Shown here: in pieces, positions 16,137 through 23,541 of the stretch | Layout: the number at the start of each line of letters is the position of its first letter | How positions within the stretch are numbered: the first letter of the stretch is position 1 | Assembly (NCBI GenBank): GCA_023388935.1 | Contig: JAEWFG010000235.1 | Span: 16,353-40,352, forward strand | Reading direction: 5' to 3' | Origin: Pseudomonadota bacterium | GTDB lineage: Bacteria > Pseudomonadota > Alphaproteobacteria > Rhizobiales > Xanthobacteraceae | Length of the DNA stretch: 24,000 nucleotides | Program-made: the position numbers and the translations under genes | Notes under the pieces: model-generated | Databases searched by the model: none | Told to the model about the DNA's origin: nothing | The model's input: the letters and a program-made list of their open reading frames with translations, nothing else

Positions 16137-17900
16137 TCACAGGATCGCCTGTTGCGTTGCCTCCCAGCGGCCTAGTCCGATCATGTCTCTCCTACCGTAG
16201 CTCATGGTTCCATGGGTAGCTAAAACGAGGCTGGTAAGCCCTTGTTCTTCCAGCGCTTCTTTGGCGGAACGCATCTTGGGAACAATGTCCCCGCCCATAA
16301 TCGCGGAAATCCGGGCATATGGCGTCACCTCAACCGGGCGCCGCTTGCCCGTCGGGTGCACCACGACCCGATCAAAGACGTTGCCGAAGGCTACACGGAA
16401 GGGCGCTACCTCAGCCTCGGTCAGTTTGACGTTGGTCAGGGCCGCATGCATGGCCTCGATGTTTTGGCGGAAGGTCTGGATCATGGCCGGATGCAGCGCC
16501 ACCACGTTGCCGCCGCCATCCGCCTCCGCCATCCGGACTTTATCCGCGAGCCCGGCTCGCTCTAGCTCCAGCGCCTTCAACTTCTCCTTCAAGGGAGCCA
16601 GCGGCATGTCCGGATCAGTCATCGCGGTAACGATGCGGTCAATCTTCTCTAGGGTCTGATTGAGCGCGCGCTGGGCGGCCCCAAGGTCGCGGCTGGCGGC
16701 TCTCTGCCGCTTCGTCCATTCCTTGTGGGCGCCCTCGGTATATGCCGCAAGGGCTTCGGCATCGAGATTGTGCTTGATGCCATGCAAGACGGTGGCCTCG
16801 ATCTCCACGAGGTCATAGCTTTTTGAGTTGGTGCAAACGCCCTTCTGGCGGGCATTGGTGCATCCGACCCGGGTATGCTCACCCGCTTTCGACCAGACGA
16901 TTGCCATGGTGCCGCCGCAGGCGCCGCAGAGGAGCCGGCCGGCGAGCATGTGATTGACGATGGATTTTTTATAGACGCGCGGAGCCGATCCTTGGCGGCT
17001 GCGCATTTTGCGGACCTCTTGCGCGCGATCCCATAAGTCCTGATCGATGATGCGCAGATGCGGGACTTGGACCGTCAGCAAATCCTCGGGGCGTCCCTTC
17101 TGCTTGTTACGCTTCTCTGTCTCGGGATTGATGACGCTGCGGTGACTATTCCAAACAAGTTCGCCGATATAAATGCGATTGCCGATAATGCCTTTCCCGC
17201 TTCCGCTGCCGGCAATGAAAACCGTATGGTTCCACTGGCCGCCTGACGGGCTCGGAATGCCCTCGCGATTGAGCCGAGCGGCGATGTCACGCACGGGTTC
17301 AAGGTTGGCGAACTCGGTGAATATCCGCTTGATGATCGGCGCGGTGTCCGGATCGATCTCGCGCTTGAACGACGTGCCCGCGACCTTGCGATGGCCATAA
17401 GCTGGCCTCCCGGGCATCAAACCCTCCCGGACCCTGCCATCCCATGCGCGGCGAAGCATATTACCAAGGTGCTTGCGAAACTCTTGGTTCATGATGCCGC
17501 TCATGCCGACGCGCATCGTGGTGAGCGGGCCCTCTAAGTCGATCAGTTCGATTTGCCGGTGCGAAATCCGCTTGAAGTCGCGAGCGCTGTCCGCGAGATC
17601 GCGCGACATGCGGGAAAGGCTCTCAATGATCACCGCCTCGAAAGTGCGGTCCCTTGCGGCCACGTCTCGCATCAACTCCAACCAGCCGGCGCGGCCTAGC
17701 GTGCCCGCCCCTGAGATCGCCTCGTCCTTGTAGTATCGAACGATCTTGTAGCCGTGTTGCTTCGCGATTTTTTCGCAAAGCTGAAATTGGTCATCTATTG
17801 ACCGGGCGCTTTGTCGGTCGCTTGAGTAACGCGCGTATGCCACCGCTTCTTTTGGTTTCGTCATTTTCCCCTTCATCGCCGTATTGACGTTGCCATTCAT
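16137..17900 (-). CDS. Large serine recombinase (integrase)
   Basis: The N-terminal resolvase catalytic domain is present (AVAYARYSSDRQ...IDDQ...DEAISG...SLSRMSRD). It is followed by the recombinase domain, a zinc-ribbon (LLCGACGG...VGCTNARQKGVCTN) and a coiled-coil region. The likely true start is ATG 17864 (MTKPK), with GAAGGGGA upstream, rather than 17900. Confidence 0.92.
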   Translation of the reverse strand: MNGNVNTAMKGKMTKPKEAVAYARYSSDRQSARSIDDQFQLCEKIAKQHGYKIVRYYKDEAISGAGTLGRAGWLELMRDVAARDRTFEAVIIESLSRMSRDLADSARDFKRISHRQIELIDLEGPLTTMRVGMSGIMNQEFRKHLGNMLRRAWDGRVREGLMPGRPAYGHRKVAGTSFKREIDPDTAPIIKRIFTEFANLEPVRDIAARLNREGIPSPSGGQWNHTVFIAGSGSGKGIIGNRIYIGELVWNSHRSVINPETEKRNKQKGRPEDLLTVQVPHLRIIDQDLWDRAQEVRKMRSRQGSAPRVYKKSIVNHMLAGRLLCGACGGTMAIVWSKAGEHTRVGCTNARQKGVCTNSKSYDLVEIEATVLHGIKHNLDAEALAAYTEGAHKEWTKRQRAASRDLGAAQRALNQTLEKIDRIVTAMTDPDMPLAPLKEKLKALELERAGLADKVRMAEADGGGNVVALHPAMIQTFRQNIEAMHAALTNVKLTEAEVAPFRVAFGNVFDRVVVHPTGKRRPVEVTPYARISAIMGGDIVPKMRSAKEALEEQGLTSLVLATHGTMSYGRRDMIGLGRWEATQQAIL

Positions 17901-18205
17901 GTGCTGCTGCGATCCGGCCCAGCTCCCGCATCAGCGCTAACCAGTTCGCCCGTTGGCTTGGGTGATTTGGATCGCGCGGGTCGTTAGGATCGAGCGGCCG
18001 GACTATTCCCAGCCTCTTACGCCCTTCGGATTTGCGGGAAGAAACGCGGGAACGCATATTCGGAAACTCTGTCGCACATGCGGGAGAAGGCTAAAAAGTT
18101 CAATACTTTCCGGTATCTATCGACAGTCCCGACATTTTTCGGGTCGGGTTTTCGGCCCTCGGGCCAAAAGGGCCACGCACTCAGGGGCTGATTTGCGCCG
18201 TCGGG

Positions 18206-18427
18206 TCAGCCGCCCGGATCGGGCCCAGCCGGGGCCCGGCGCGCCCGGGCCGCCCGGCTCGCTTCCGCTTTCCGCTCCGCCGTTCGATGGCGCACGCGAG
18301 CCTTGTGGCATTCCCGGCATACCTTCATTCTCCCTTGCGGCGAGCCATCGCGGGTCCTCATGTAAAAATCCTCGATTGGCTTCTCTTGGAGGCACGTTGC
18401 GCAAACCTGGCGCTTCAGCTCATTCAT
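18206..18427 (-). CDS. Small zinc-ribbon protein (CxxC...CxxC), 73 aa
   Basis: MNELKRQVCATCLQEKPIEDFYMRTRDGSPQGRMKVCRECHKARVRHR... GGAGGGAG lies upstream. The ATG at 18427 overlaps the stop of the HNH gene (ATGAATGA). The 148-aa ORF-track version is an upstream extension into the HNH gene. Confidence 0.6.
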   Translation of the reverse strand: MNELKRQVCATCLQEKPIEDFYMRTRDGSPQGRMKVCRECHKARVRHRTAERKAEASRAARARRAPAGPDPGG

Positions 18428-18815
18428 CGCGGGTCTCCCTCCGGTTCTGGATCGAGCGCTTGGGCCAACGCGAGCGGCGCGGCTCGCGCTGATTTCGCGG
18501 TGTGAGCACCCGTCGCCGGAATTCATCGTGCTCCGCCGACACGCGCTTGATCTTCGCGATCTCGGGAATGTCGATCTTGGCCGTCTTGATCCGGTGCGCC
18601 GGCTTAAAGCGCGGCACCAAATTCCACGGCTCGGTCGGGCCGCCAGCCTCAACCCGAAAAGGGTAGTGATCGAAATCGAACAGCCCGATGATCTGCGCGC
18701 TCGTCATCTGCTTTGCCTCTTCCCACGGGATCAGCGGCTTGCCGTGCTCGTCGGTGATCGCAAGCAGCGCGGCGGCGCATTTGTCAGACAGGTTTGGCGG
18801 CTTACGTGCACTCAA
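18420..18815 (-). CDS. HNH-family endonuclease-like protein
   Basis: TTG start at 18815 with GGAGAA 7 nt upstream. The motif FDFDHYPFRVEAGGPTEPWNLVPRFKPAHRIKTAK shows the H...N...H arrangement seen in phage HNH proteins. Confidence 0.65.
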   Translation of the reverse strand: MSARKPPNLSDKCAAALLAITDEHGKPLIPWEEAKQMTSAQIIGLFDFDHYPFRVEAGGPTEPWNLVPRFKPAHRIKTAKIDIPEIAKIKRVSAEHDEFRRRVLTPRNQREPRRSRWPKRSIQNRRETRDE

Positions 18816-18833
18816 TCCGGCTTTCTCCGGTAT

Positions 18834-19178
18834 TCAATTCTGCGCGTCGCTATCCTGACGACCTTGCGAACCCCTCGGCATCCGATCGAGCACTGCGCCG
18901 ATGATGCTCGATGGATTGCCGTGTTCGTCGCGCGTGACGGCGCTAATCAGGTTGTCGATCTGCGCGCCGTATTGAAGCGCCAGGGACAGGACAACCGCGC
19001 CATCACGAGCGATGGCCTCGATCTCCTGCCCCGACTTGCCGCCGGTCATGAACACCTCTCCGATCGAGCCGTCTTCATAGAAACCGAGCGTCACCGCGAA
19101 GGTTCGATCGAACCCGCCCCATTCGATCTCGAACGTTTCGGCATGGCGCCGCTGCGGCAAGCATCGGCGATCAGCCAT
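18834..19178 (-). CDS. TSCPD-like domain protein (stand-alone homologue of the class II ribonucleotide reductase C-terminal region)
   Basis: The start at ATG 19178 overlaps the previous stop by 8 nt. GSIGEVFMTGGKSGQEIEAIARDGAVVLSLALQYGAQIDNLISAV resembles the conserved ...EIFI..GK.GS......ISLALQYG... block. Confidence 0.55.
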   Translation of the reverse strand: MADRRCLPQRRHAETFEIEWGGFDRTFAVTLGFYEDGSIGEVFMTGGKSGQEIEAIARDGAVVLSLALQYGAQIDNLISAVTRDEHGNPSSIIGAVLDRMPRGSQGRQDSDAQN

Positions 19179-19419
19179 CTGGCGCTTCCTCTTTGGCAAT
19201 GAGCTTGCAGGCTTCAAGGAAGCCTTCGTCGGCCATCTTGAGGTTGTTGCGGCTGATGTAGAGCGAGAGCGAGAGCAGCGTAGCGAGGATTTCCGGCAAT
19301 ATGGTCTCCGGCGGATAGATCGGCGCAAGCCGCCGCTGCACCGTCAGCACCGCTTCGCCGATCGTCAACCGCATCTTCCGCTGCTCGTCGATCGTCAGCT
19401 CGTCATCATCCGTCATCAC
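19171..19419 (-). CDS. Hypothetical phage protein, 82 aa
   Basis: Its start codon region (GTG 19419 / ATG 19416) overlaps the stop of the upstream gene, and its own stop overlaps the downstream start by 8 nt. Codon bias is consistent with its neighbours. No family was recognised. Confidence 0.5.
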   Translation of the reverse strand: MMTDDDELTIDEQRKMRLTIGEAVLTVQRRLAPIYPPETILPEILATLLSLSLYISRNNLKMADEGFLEACKLIAKEEAPDG

Positions 19420-19616
19420 ACGGCCTGCGGTTGCACTGGCGCGGCCTTCGCTTTGCGCTGCCGCTTCTGCTTTTCCGGCAGCACCGCTGCGTAGTGCTGG
19501 ATCGCGGCGACCAACTCGTCGGCGTCCTGCTTGGTGCTGATCGCGGCCGTGATGTGCAAATCGATTATGCCGCTCTCGGTCTTGAGTTGCAGATCAGCGC
19601 CTTTCGGTAGTTTCAT
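19416..19616 (-). CDS. Hypothetical phage protein (66 aa from MKLPKG; 83 aa if started at 19667)
   Basis: MKLPKGADLQLKTESGIIDLHITAAISTKQDADELVAAIQHYA... with a basic tail. GGAGAA lies upstream of ATG 19616. The choice of start is ambiguous. Confidence 0.5.
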   Translation of the reverse strand: MKLPKGADLQLKTESGIIDLHITAAISTKQDADELVAAIQHYAAVLPEKQKRQRKAKAAPVQPQAV

Positions 19617-19774
19617 TTCCAAGTTCTCCAACTCTGCCAAAAATATCGTGCGTTGCCCGCCGCCCATAACGCCAGCACGATGGCGAGCGGCGCGAGATCA
19701 GCGATCAACGCGACTTCTCCTGTCGGCGGCTTTGCGTACAACGAACCCGTGCCGCCTTGCGGGTCCGAAAACCG

Positions 19775-19969
19775 TCATCTCTCGCCTCGCCAAATCTGAT
19801 TGAGAACCAGATCGTCGCGGTGCCGGTGGACATCGAGCATTCCGAGGGATTTCCAATCGGCATACCAGCGGTCGACTTGGACCGACCAATAGAGCCACCG
19901 CACATGACGGATGATCGGCAGTCGCCAAAACCAAGAGACTGGCGGCGGCATCCGAGGATGTAGGTTCAT
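19775..19969 (-). CDS. Hypothetical Trp-rich small protein, 64 aa
   Basis: ATGA start/stop overlap with the upstream gene at 19966-19969. It is the only ORF here whose boundaries fit the coupled operon. Competing ORFs overlap it on both strands. Confidence 0.4.
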   Translation of the reverse strand: MNLHPRMPPPVSWFWRLPIIRHVRWLYWSVQVDRWYADWKSLGMLDVHRHRDDLVLNQIWRGER

Positions 19970-20157
19970 CGCAATGTCCCATCACAATAGCGGTCGATAT
20001 CGTCGTCGTTCATTCCCGCTTGCGCGAGCCGCCGAAAGAATTCGTCGCGATCAATCTGCCCATTGCCGAGCCGCGCCAGCAGATCGTCCATGATCTCACG
20101 CTTTGTTTTCGTTTTCGCCGGGCGCTTGCGCGATCTCGTTGTCGCTCGGCCATGCAT
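19966..20157 (-). CDS. Hypothetical small protein, 63 aa (or 41 aa from MDDLL at 20091)
   Basis: It lies in the operon, 6 nt after the coiled-coil gene stop. It has a basic N-terminus and an acidic helical C-terminus. Confidence 0.4.
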   Translation of the reverse strand: MHGRATTRSRKRPAKTKTKREIMDDLLARLGNGQIDRDEFFRRLAQAGMNDDDIDRYCDGTLR

Positions 20158-20162
20158 TCATC

Positions 20163-20519
20163 TCAGTGCTCGGTTTCACCGTCGGTGTGTACCGCGCCGT
20201 TGGTTTGGCGATGGACGATCGCCGCGATACCGCTTTCGATCTCGCCCGCCGCCGCATGCTGCTGGTCGACGTGACGCTCGCTCGATGCGTACTGCTTCAA
20301 GCCGTGCATCAAGGTCGCGCCGCACTGATCCAGCAGGCTCTTGATGGCTTCGGAGCGACGCAACAGGGCGTCGCGATCGGCATTTGCCTTGGCGAGCTGA
20401 GTTTTCAAAGCGTCGTTTTCGAATTCGAGCACGGCGTTCTTCTTGCTCAGCGCATCGAGTTCGGCGCGCATCGACAACAGATCGGTCTCAAGCTTCGTGA
20501 TTTCAGCCGCAAGCGTCAT
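20163..20519 (-). CDS. Coiled-coil protein, 118 aa
   Basis: A heptad-like N-terminal half (ITKLETDLLSMRAELDALSKKNAVLEFENDALKTQLAKANADRDALL). AAGGA lies upstream of ATG 20519. Confidence 0.55.
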   Translation of the reverse strand: MTLAAEITKLETDLLSMRAELDALSKKNAVLEFENDALKTQLAKANADRDALLRRSEAIKSLLDQCGATLMHGLKQYASSERHVDQQHAAAGEIESGIAAIVHRQTNGAVHTDGETEH

Positions 20520-20595
20520 CGCGTTAGTTCCTTTGATCGAGGGTGGAAATCCTGGCGGCCAGGGTAGCGGATAGGGCTTGGGCCTTCACTCACGG

Positions 20596-20799
20596 TCAAA
20601 CCTTCCGACGCAGTTGAGAACGCAACATCGCGACATAGCGGCTGGACACGGCGCCGCCGCGATGGAGGGCGATGCTCCTGCGGTTGCCGGCGCGATCCGT
20701 GAAGTTGACGCGCGTATGCCTGCCGCCCTCCGTGATCGATACATCTGACCCACCAAGTTTGCGAACGGCGTTCGCGATGTCCCGCACCAGCTTGCGCAT
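20596..20799 (-). CDS. HicA-like small protein, 67 aa (tentative)
   Basis: MRKLVRDIANAVRKLGGSDVSITEGGRHTRVNFTDRAGNRRSIALHRGG...LRSQL parallels the HicA layout (G.NHLKLRF..GRRSVMPRH.....L...LKQLG). Only the last third of the 193-aa ORF-track entry is used; the rest is Arg/Ser-rich out-of-frame overlap with the upstream gene. Confidence 0.4.
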   Translation of the reverse strand: MRKLVRDIANAVRKLGGSDVSITEGGRHTRVNFTDRAGNRRSIALHRGGAVSSRYVAMLRSQLRRKV

Positions 20800-20809
20800 G
20801 TGTGACCGG

Positions 20810-21235
20810 CTACTCTCCGAAGATCGCAGCCTTGATATCCTCGGCGTAGCGCTCGACCGCTGCCTTGACGGCCGGTCGCGCGCGATTGAAAGCCCGTTCA
20901 ATGTGCGACAAGGGCGCGTCCGTGACGGCGACTGCGAACGCGATGATCTTGTGACGCTTCTCGACGATCTCCGCGTTGCGGCTGTCGCCGACGACCTGAT
21001 CTTTCGTGAGCCCGAACGCGCTGGCCCCGACGTGAAGTGCGTTGCCAACTTTGCGGGCCGGGTTCGTCTGGCACAGTTTTTGGTATTCGCTCGCCATGGT
21101 CCGATAGCGGTCGCGTTGCTTGTCGGCGCCGATGTTCGACATCGCCGAAACCAACATCGGGCGGGCCGCTTCCGCACTGCGCGTCCTCCTGAGTGACACC
21201 ATTCGATTGCCCGCCGCCGCTGTGAGAATTTTCAT
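20810..21235 (-). CDS. DnaA domain-IV-like helix-turn-helix protein, 141 aa
   Basis: GAGGAA lies upstream of ATG 21235. SRNAEIVEKRHKIIAFAVAVTDAPLSHIERAFNRARPAVKAAVERY resembles the DnaA C-terminal DNA-binding domain pattern (R....R..AMYL......S...IG..F.R.HSTV). Confidence 0.55.
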   Translation of the reverse strand: MKILTAAAGNRMVSLRRTRSAEAARPMLVSAMSNIGADKQRDRYRTMASEYQKLCQTNPARKVGNALHVGASAFGLTKDQVVGDSRNAEIVEKRHKIIAFAVAVTDAPLSHIERAFNRARPAVKAAVERYAEDIKAAIFGE

Positions 21236-21238
21236 CTG

Positions 21239-22195
21239 TCATTCCTCGGTGGTGGTTAGCGGTCGATTGGCTGGGAATCCGGGCCCGGCGACGGCTTCAT
21301 TGGAATGTTCTGCGGCAACTTCCGACTTTGCTTGCTTTGCTTTCGGCGCAGTCTGCGCGTCGATCTCGGCAATCGCGGCCTGCCCGAGCGCAGCGGCGTT
21401 GCCGCGCAGGCGCGACAAGAGACCGGGCGAAACATCGCGGGCCTGATCCGACGCAGCGGAGACGACGGCAAATCCGGCATCTTCCATTTCGTCTCGGCCA
21501 TACATGCCGGAGATCACGTCCGGGCAATACATTCGCGCCCAGTCTCTGCTCATGTTGTAGAACAGTTGCAGGTCGGCCTTAGTGTCCCACAGCGGCGACC
21601 CCTTCACTTTGCCTTTGTCGTTGTGGCCCGGGTGAAGTTTGCCGAGCGTGAATTGCTCCGGATGGGCATCGAGTGGCGGGAAGTAGCGCGGCTCAGTCTC
21701 GCCACGAAACGTCGCCCAAACCCGGCAGCGCCGCTTGTCGCCTTCGCCCTCATAAGCGACTTGCAAGCGCGTGGTGATCGGCGCGCGGGCCTCGACGATC
21801 GCGTGAAAGAATTGGCTTTCATAGGCGATGCGCTGCACTTTTTGCCCGCTCTGCCATTGCTCGACGAGATAGGACCAATTCGCCAGGGCGAGCGGCGACA
21901 CACCCAATTCCTGCGCGCGCAGGCAATTTGCGAAGCACATGCCGACGTTGCCTTGCATGTGCGGCGGGATCATCGCTCCAGCGGAGGAGAGCAGCTTTGC
22001 CGCGTCCACCATGTCGCGCAGGTTGGCATAGTCGACGCCGCCGCCGCGAAACAACTGCACGCTCTCGGTGCGCTCGGTGACGACTTTCTCCGCGTTACCC
22101 TCGACCAGATCGCGGCGTGTCACTCGGTCCGATGCGGCGGATTGCTGCGGCGGCGGCGATTGCGGACGCTCTGTCGTGTTGAGTTCGGTAATCAT
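21239..22195 (-). CDS. recT: RecT/Bet-family single-strand annealing recombinase
   Basis: The core (MCFANCLRAQELGVSP...IAYESQFFHAIV...SPLWDTKADLQLFYNMSRDWARMYCPDVISGMYGRDEM) is typical of RecT-family proteins. The start at ATG 22195 (MITELN) overlaps the exonuclease stop (TGATG). The 337-aa track version extends into the upstream gene. Confidence 0.8.
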   Translation of the reverse strand: MITELNTTERPQSPPPQQSAASDRVTRRDLVEGNAEKVVTERTESVQLFRGGGVDYANLRDMVDAAKLLSSAGAMIPPHMQGNVGMCFANCLRAQELGVSPLALANWSYLVEQWQSGQKVQRIAYESQFFHAIVEARAPITTRLQVAYEGEGDKRRCRVWATFRGETEPRYFPPLDAHPEQFTLGKLHPGHNDKGKVKGSPLWDTKADLQLFYNMSRDWARMYCPDVISGMYGRDEMEDAGFAVVSAASDQARDVSPGLLSRLRGNAAALGQAAIAEIDAQTAPKAKQAKSEVAAEHSNEAVAGPGFPANRPLTTTEE

Positions 22196-23106
22196 CACGC
22201 GGCCTCCCGCAATTGATATTTCACTCGATCGTCGATCGACTTCCGCGACCACTCAGGAAGATCGATATATTCGGCATCCGGGCGATCATCACCGGGCCCG
22301 GGCCAATTGCCGGACTGGTGGCATTGCCAGAAGATGTCGGCAGCCATGTCGTTGAGCTGCTGGCCGCGCGCCAAGTCCTCGTCTTTGAATGTGGTGGCGC
22401 GCACGCAATAGGGCGGCTTGTTCTCGACCCATAGCAGGGTGAACGAGTTGGCGGGAATGCCGAGCGCTCGCGCGCCTTCCATCACCATCGCGGCTTGCTG
22501 ATGATAGCCGAAATCGACGATGGAGCGCTGCAGATCGCGGTAGAGCACCGAGCTAGTCGTCTTGAGGTCGACGAAATCGCCGCTGTCGTTCGGCACCATA
22601 TCGGGCTTGGCTTTCTTGATGAAGCCGCGTCGGTCGCGCCAGAACATCGCGATCTCAGAGAGCCCGGTGAGCATGCCGCCCTTGACCAGCGGAAAATTGC
22701 CGAGCGAAATGATCATTCCTTTGGCGTGTCGTGCCATCGTCGGCGTGATGATCGTTTTGCCTGCCGCGATCTGATCGGCCTTCCACTTCTGCCCGATCTT
22801 GGTGCGGGCATTGTAGTCGGGAGGGCAGAGCGCGAATTCATCCTTGAACGGTTTTCCGGTGATCGCCGCATGGATGAAGCTGCCGAGCGCCATTGCTTCG
22901 GTTTCGTCCGTCTCGGGGCGGTCGGGATTGAATGGCGAGCGGTGATACGCGTGCGCAGGCGAAAAGCGGATCAGGTCGCGCAAGAATGAAGAGGAGACGC
23001 TCACCGCACCCTTGCAGACATCGGCGCGGTGATAGGCCGGCATCGGCATGTCGCTGACGGCGCAAGGTGCTTCGATAGGCTGATCTTTCCAGACGACTAA
23101 CTGCAT
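22195..23106 (-). CDS. PD-(D/E)XK exonuclease, RecE/exodeoxyribonuclease VIII-like
   Basis: GSFIHAAI...KPDMV...GDFVDLKTT...FGYHQQAAM fits the PDDEXK motif set (D...D/E-x-K, then QxxxY-like). It is paired with recT directly downstream. The start is ATG 23106, or GTG 23121. Confidence 0.75.
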   Translation of the reverse strand: MQLVVWKDQPIEAPCAVSDMPMPAYHRADVCKGAVSVSSSFLRDLIRFSPAHAYHRSPFNPDRPETDETEAMALGSFIHAAITGKPFKDEFALCPPDYNARTKIGQKWKADQIAAGKTIITPTMARHAKGMIISLGNFPLVKGGMLTGLSEIAMFWRDRRGFIKKAKPDMVPNDSGDFVDLKTTSSVLYRDLQRSIVDFGYHQQAAMVMEGARALGIPANSFTLLWVENKPPYCVRATTFKDEDLARGQQLNDMAADIFWQCHQSGNWPGPGDDRPDAEYIDLPEWSRKSIDDRVKYQLREAA

Positions 23107-23541
23107 TCTCGGTACTCGCACGCAAACCTGTAACGCTCTCGCGGGAAATGCTTCCTGTGAGTTCGACCGTGGGCGCGCGTTTAGATGACGCGCGCGATTT
23201 TACGTTTGATCAGTTGAGGGCCGTCCGCTGCAATTTGTGGCGGTCGGTGCACCGTTAGCCTTACGTGCTCGAATTCTTGGTTTTGCTTCCGAGCCCGCAA
23301 ATCATCCTTCCGCTTCGGGTGCGCTGTCAACAGGGATCGGCTGCCTCTATCGGACATTTTGACGCGAGCGAAACATGCGGGAACTTTTCAACCTGCGTGC
23401 GAGTGCAATTCTTCTCGCCAGTGTGTTGTTAGCCGCCGAGTTTCTATCGGCGTTTATTTTGCGTAAATCGCGGCGCCGACTTGCGCCATCGGCGAAGCAA
23501 CGTCAGACCATGATCTGTTTTGCTTTGCGAGTGGCGGCACA

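Noticed and set aside
15923-16219. 98-aa plus-strand ORF bridging the membrane-protein start and the recombinase 3' end
   Set aside because: It overlaps two better-supported minus-strand genes, and its composition (His/Ser/Cys-rich) is unconvincing.
18206-18652. 148-aa version of the zinc-ribbon ORF, and the 164-aa version of the TSCPD-like ORF (18834-19328)
   Set aside because: The upstream halves are Arg/Ser-rich out-of-frame overlaps of the preceding genes. Internal ATGs with an SD or overlap coupling give compact, sensible proteins.
19698-19985. Competing ORFs in the 19700-19985 region (95 aa and 66 aa minus; 68 aa and 90 aa plus)
   Set aside because: None has boundaries compatible with the coupled operon. 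The 64-aa ORF with the ATGA overlap was preferred, though with low confidence.
20596-21177. 193-aa ORF covering most of the DnaA-IV-like gene in another frame
   Set aside because: Its first two-thirds is Arg/Ser/Thr low complexity overlapping the better 141-aa gene. Only the terminal 67 aa, from ATG 20799, was kept.
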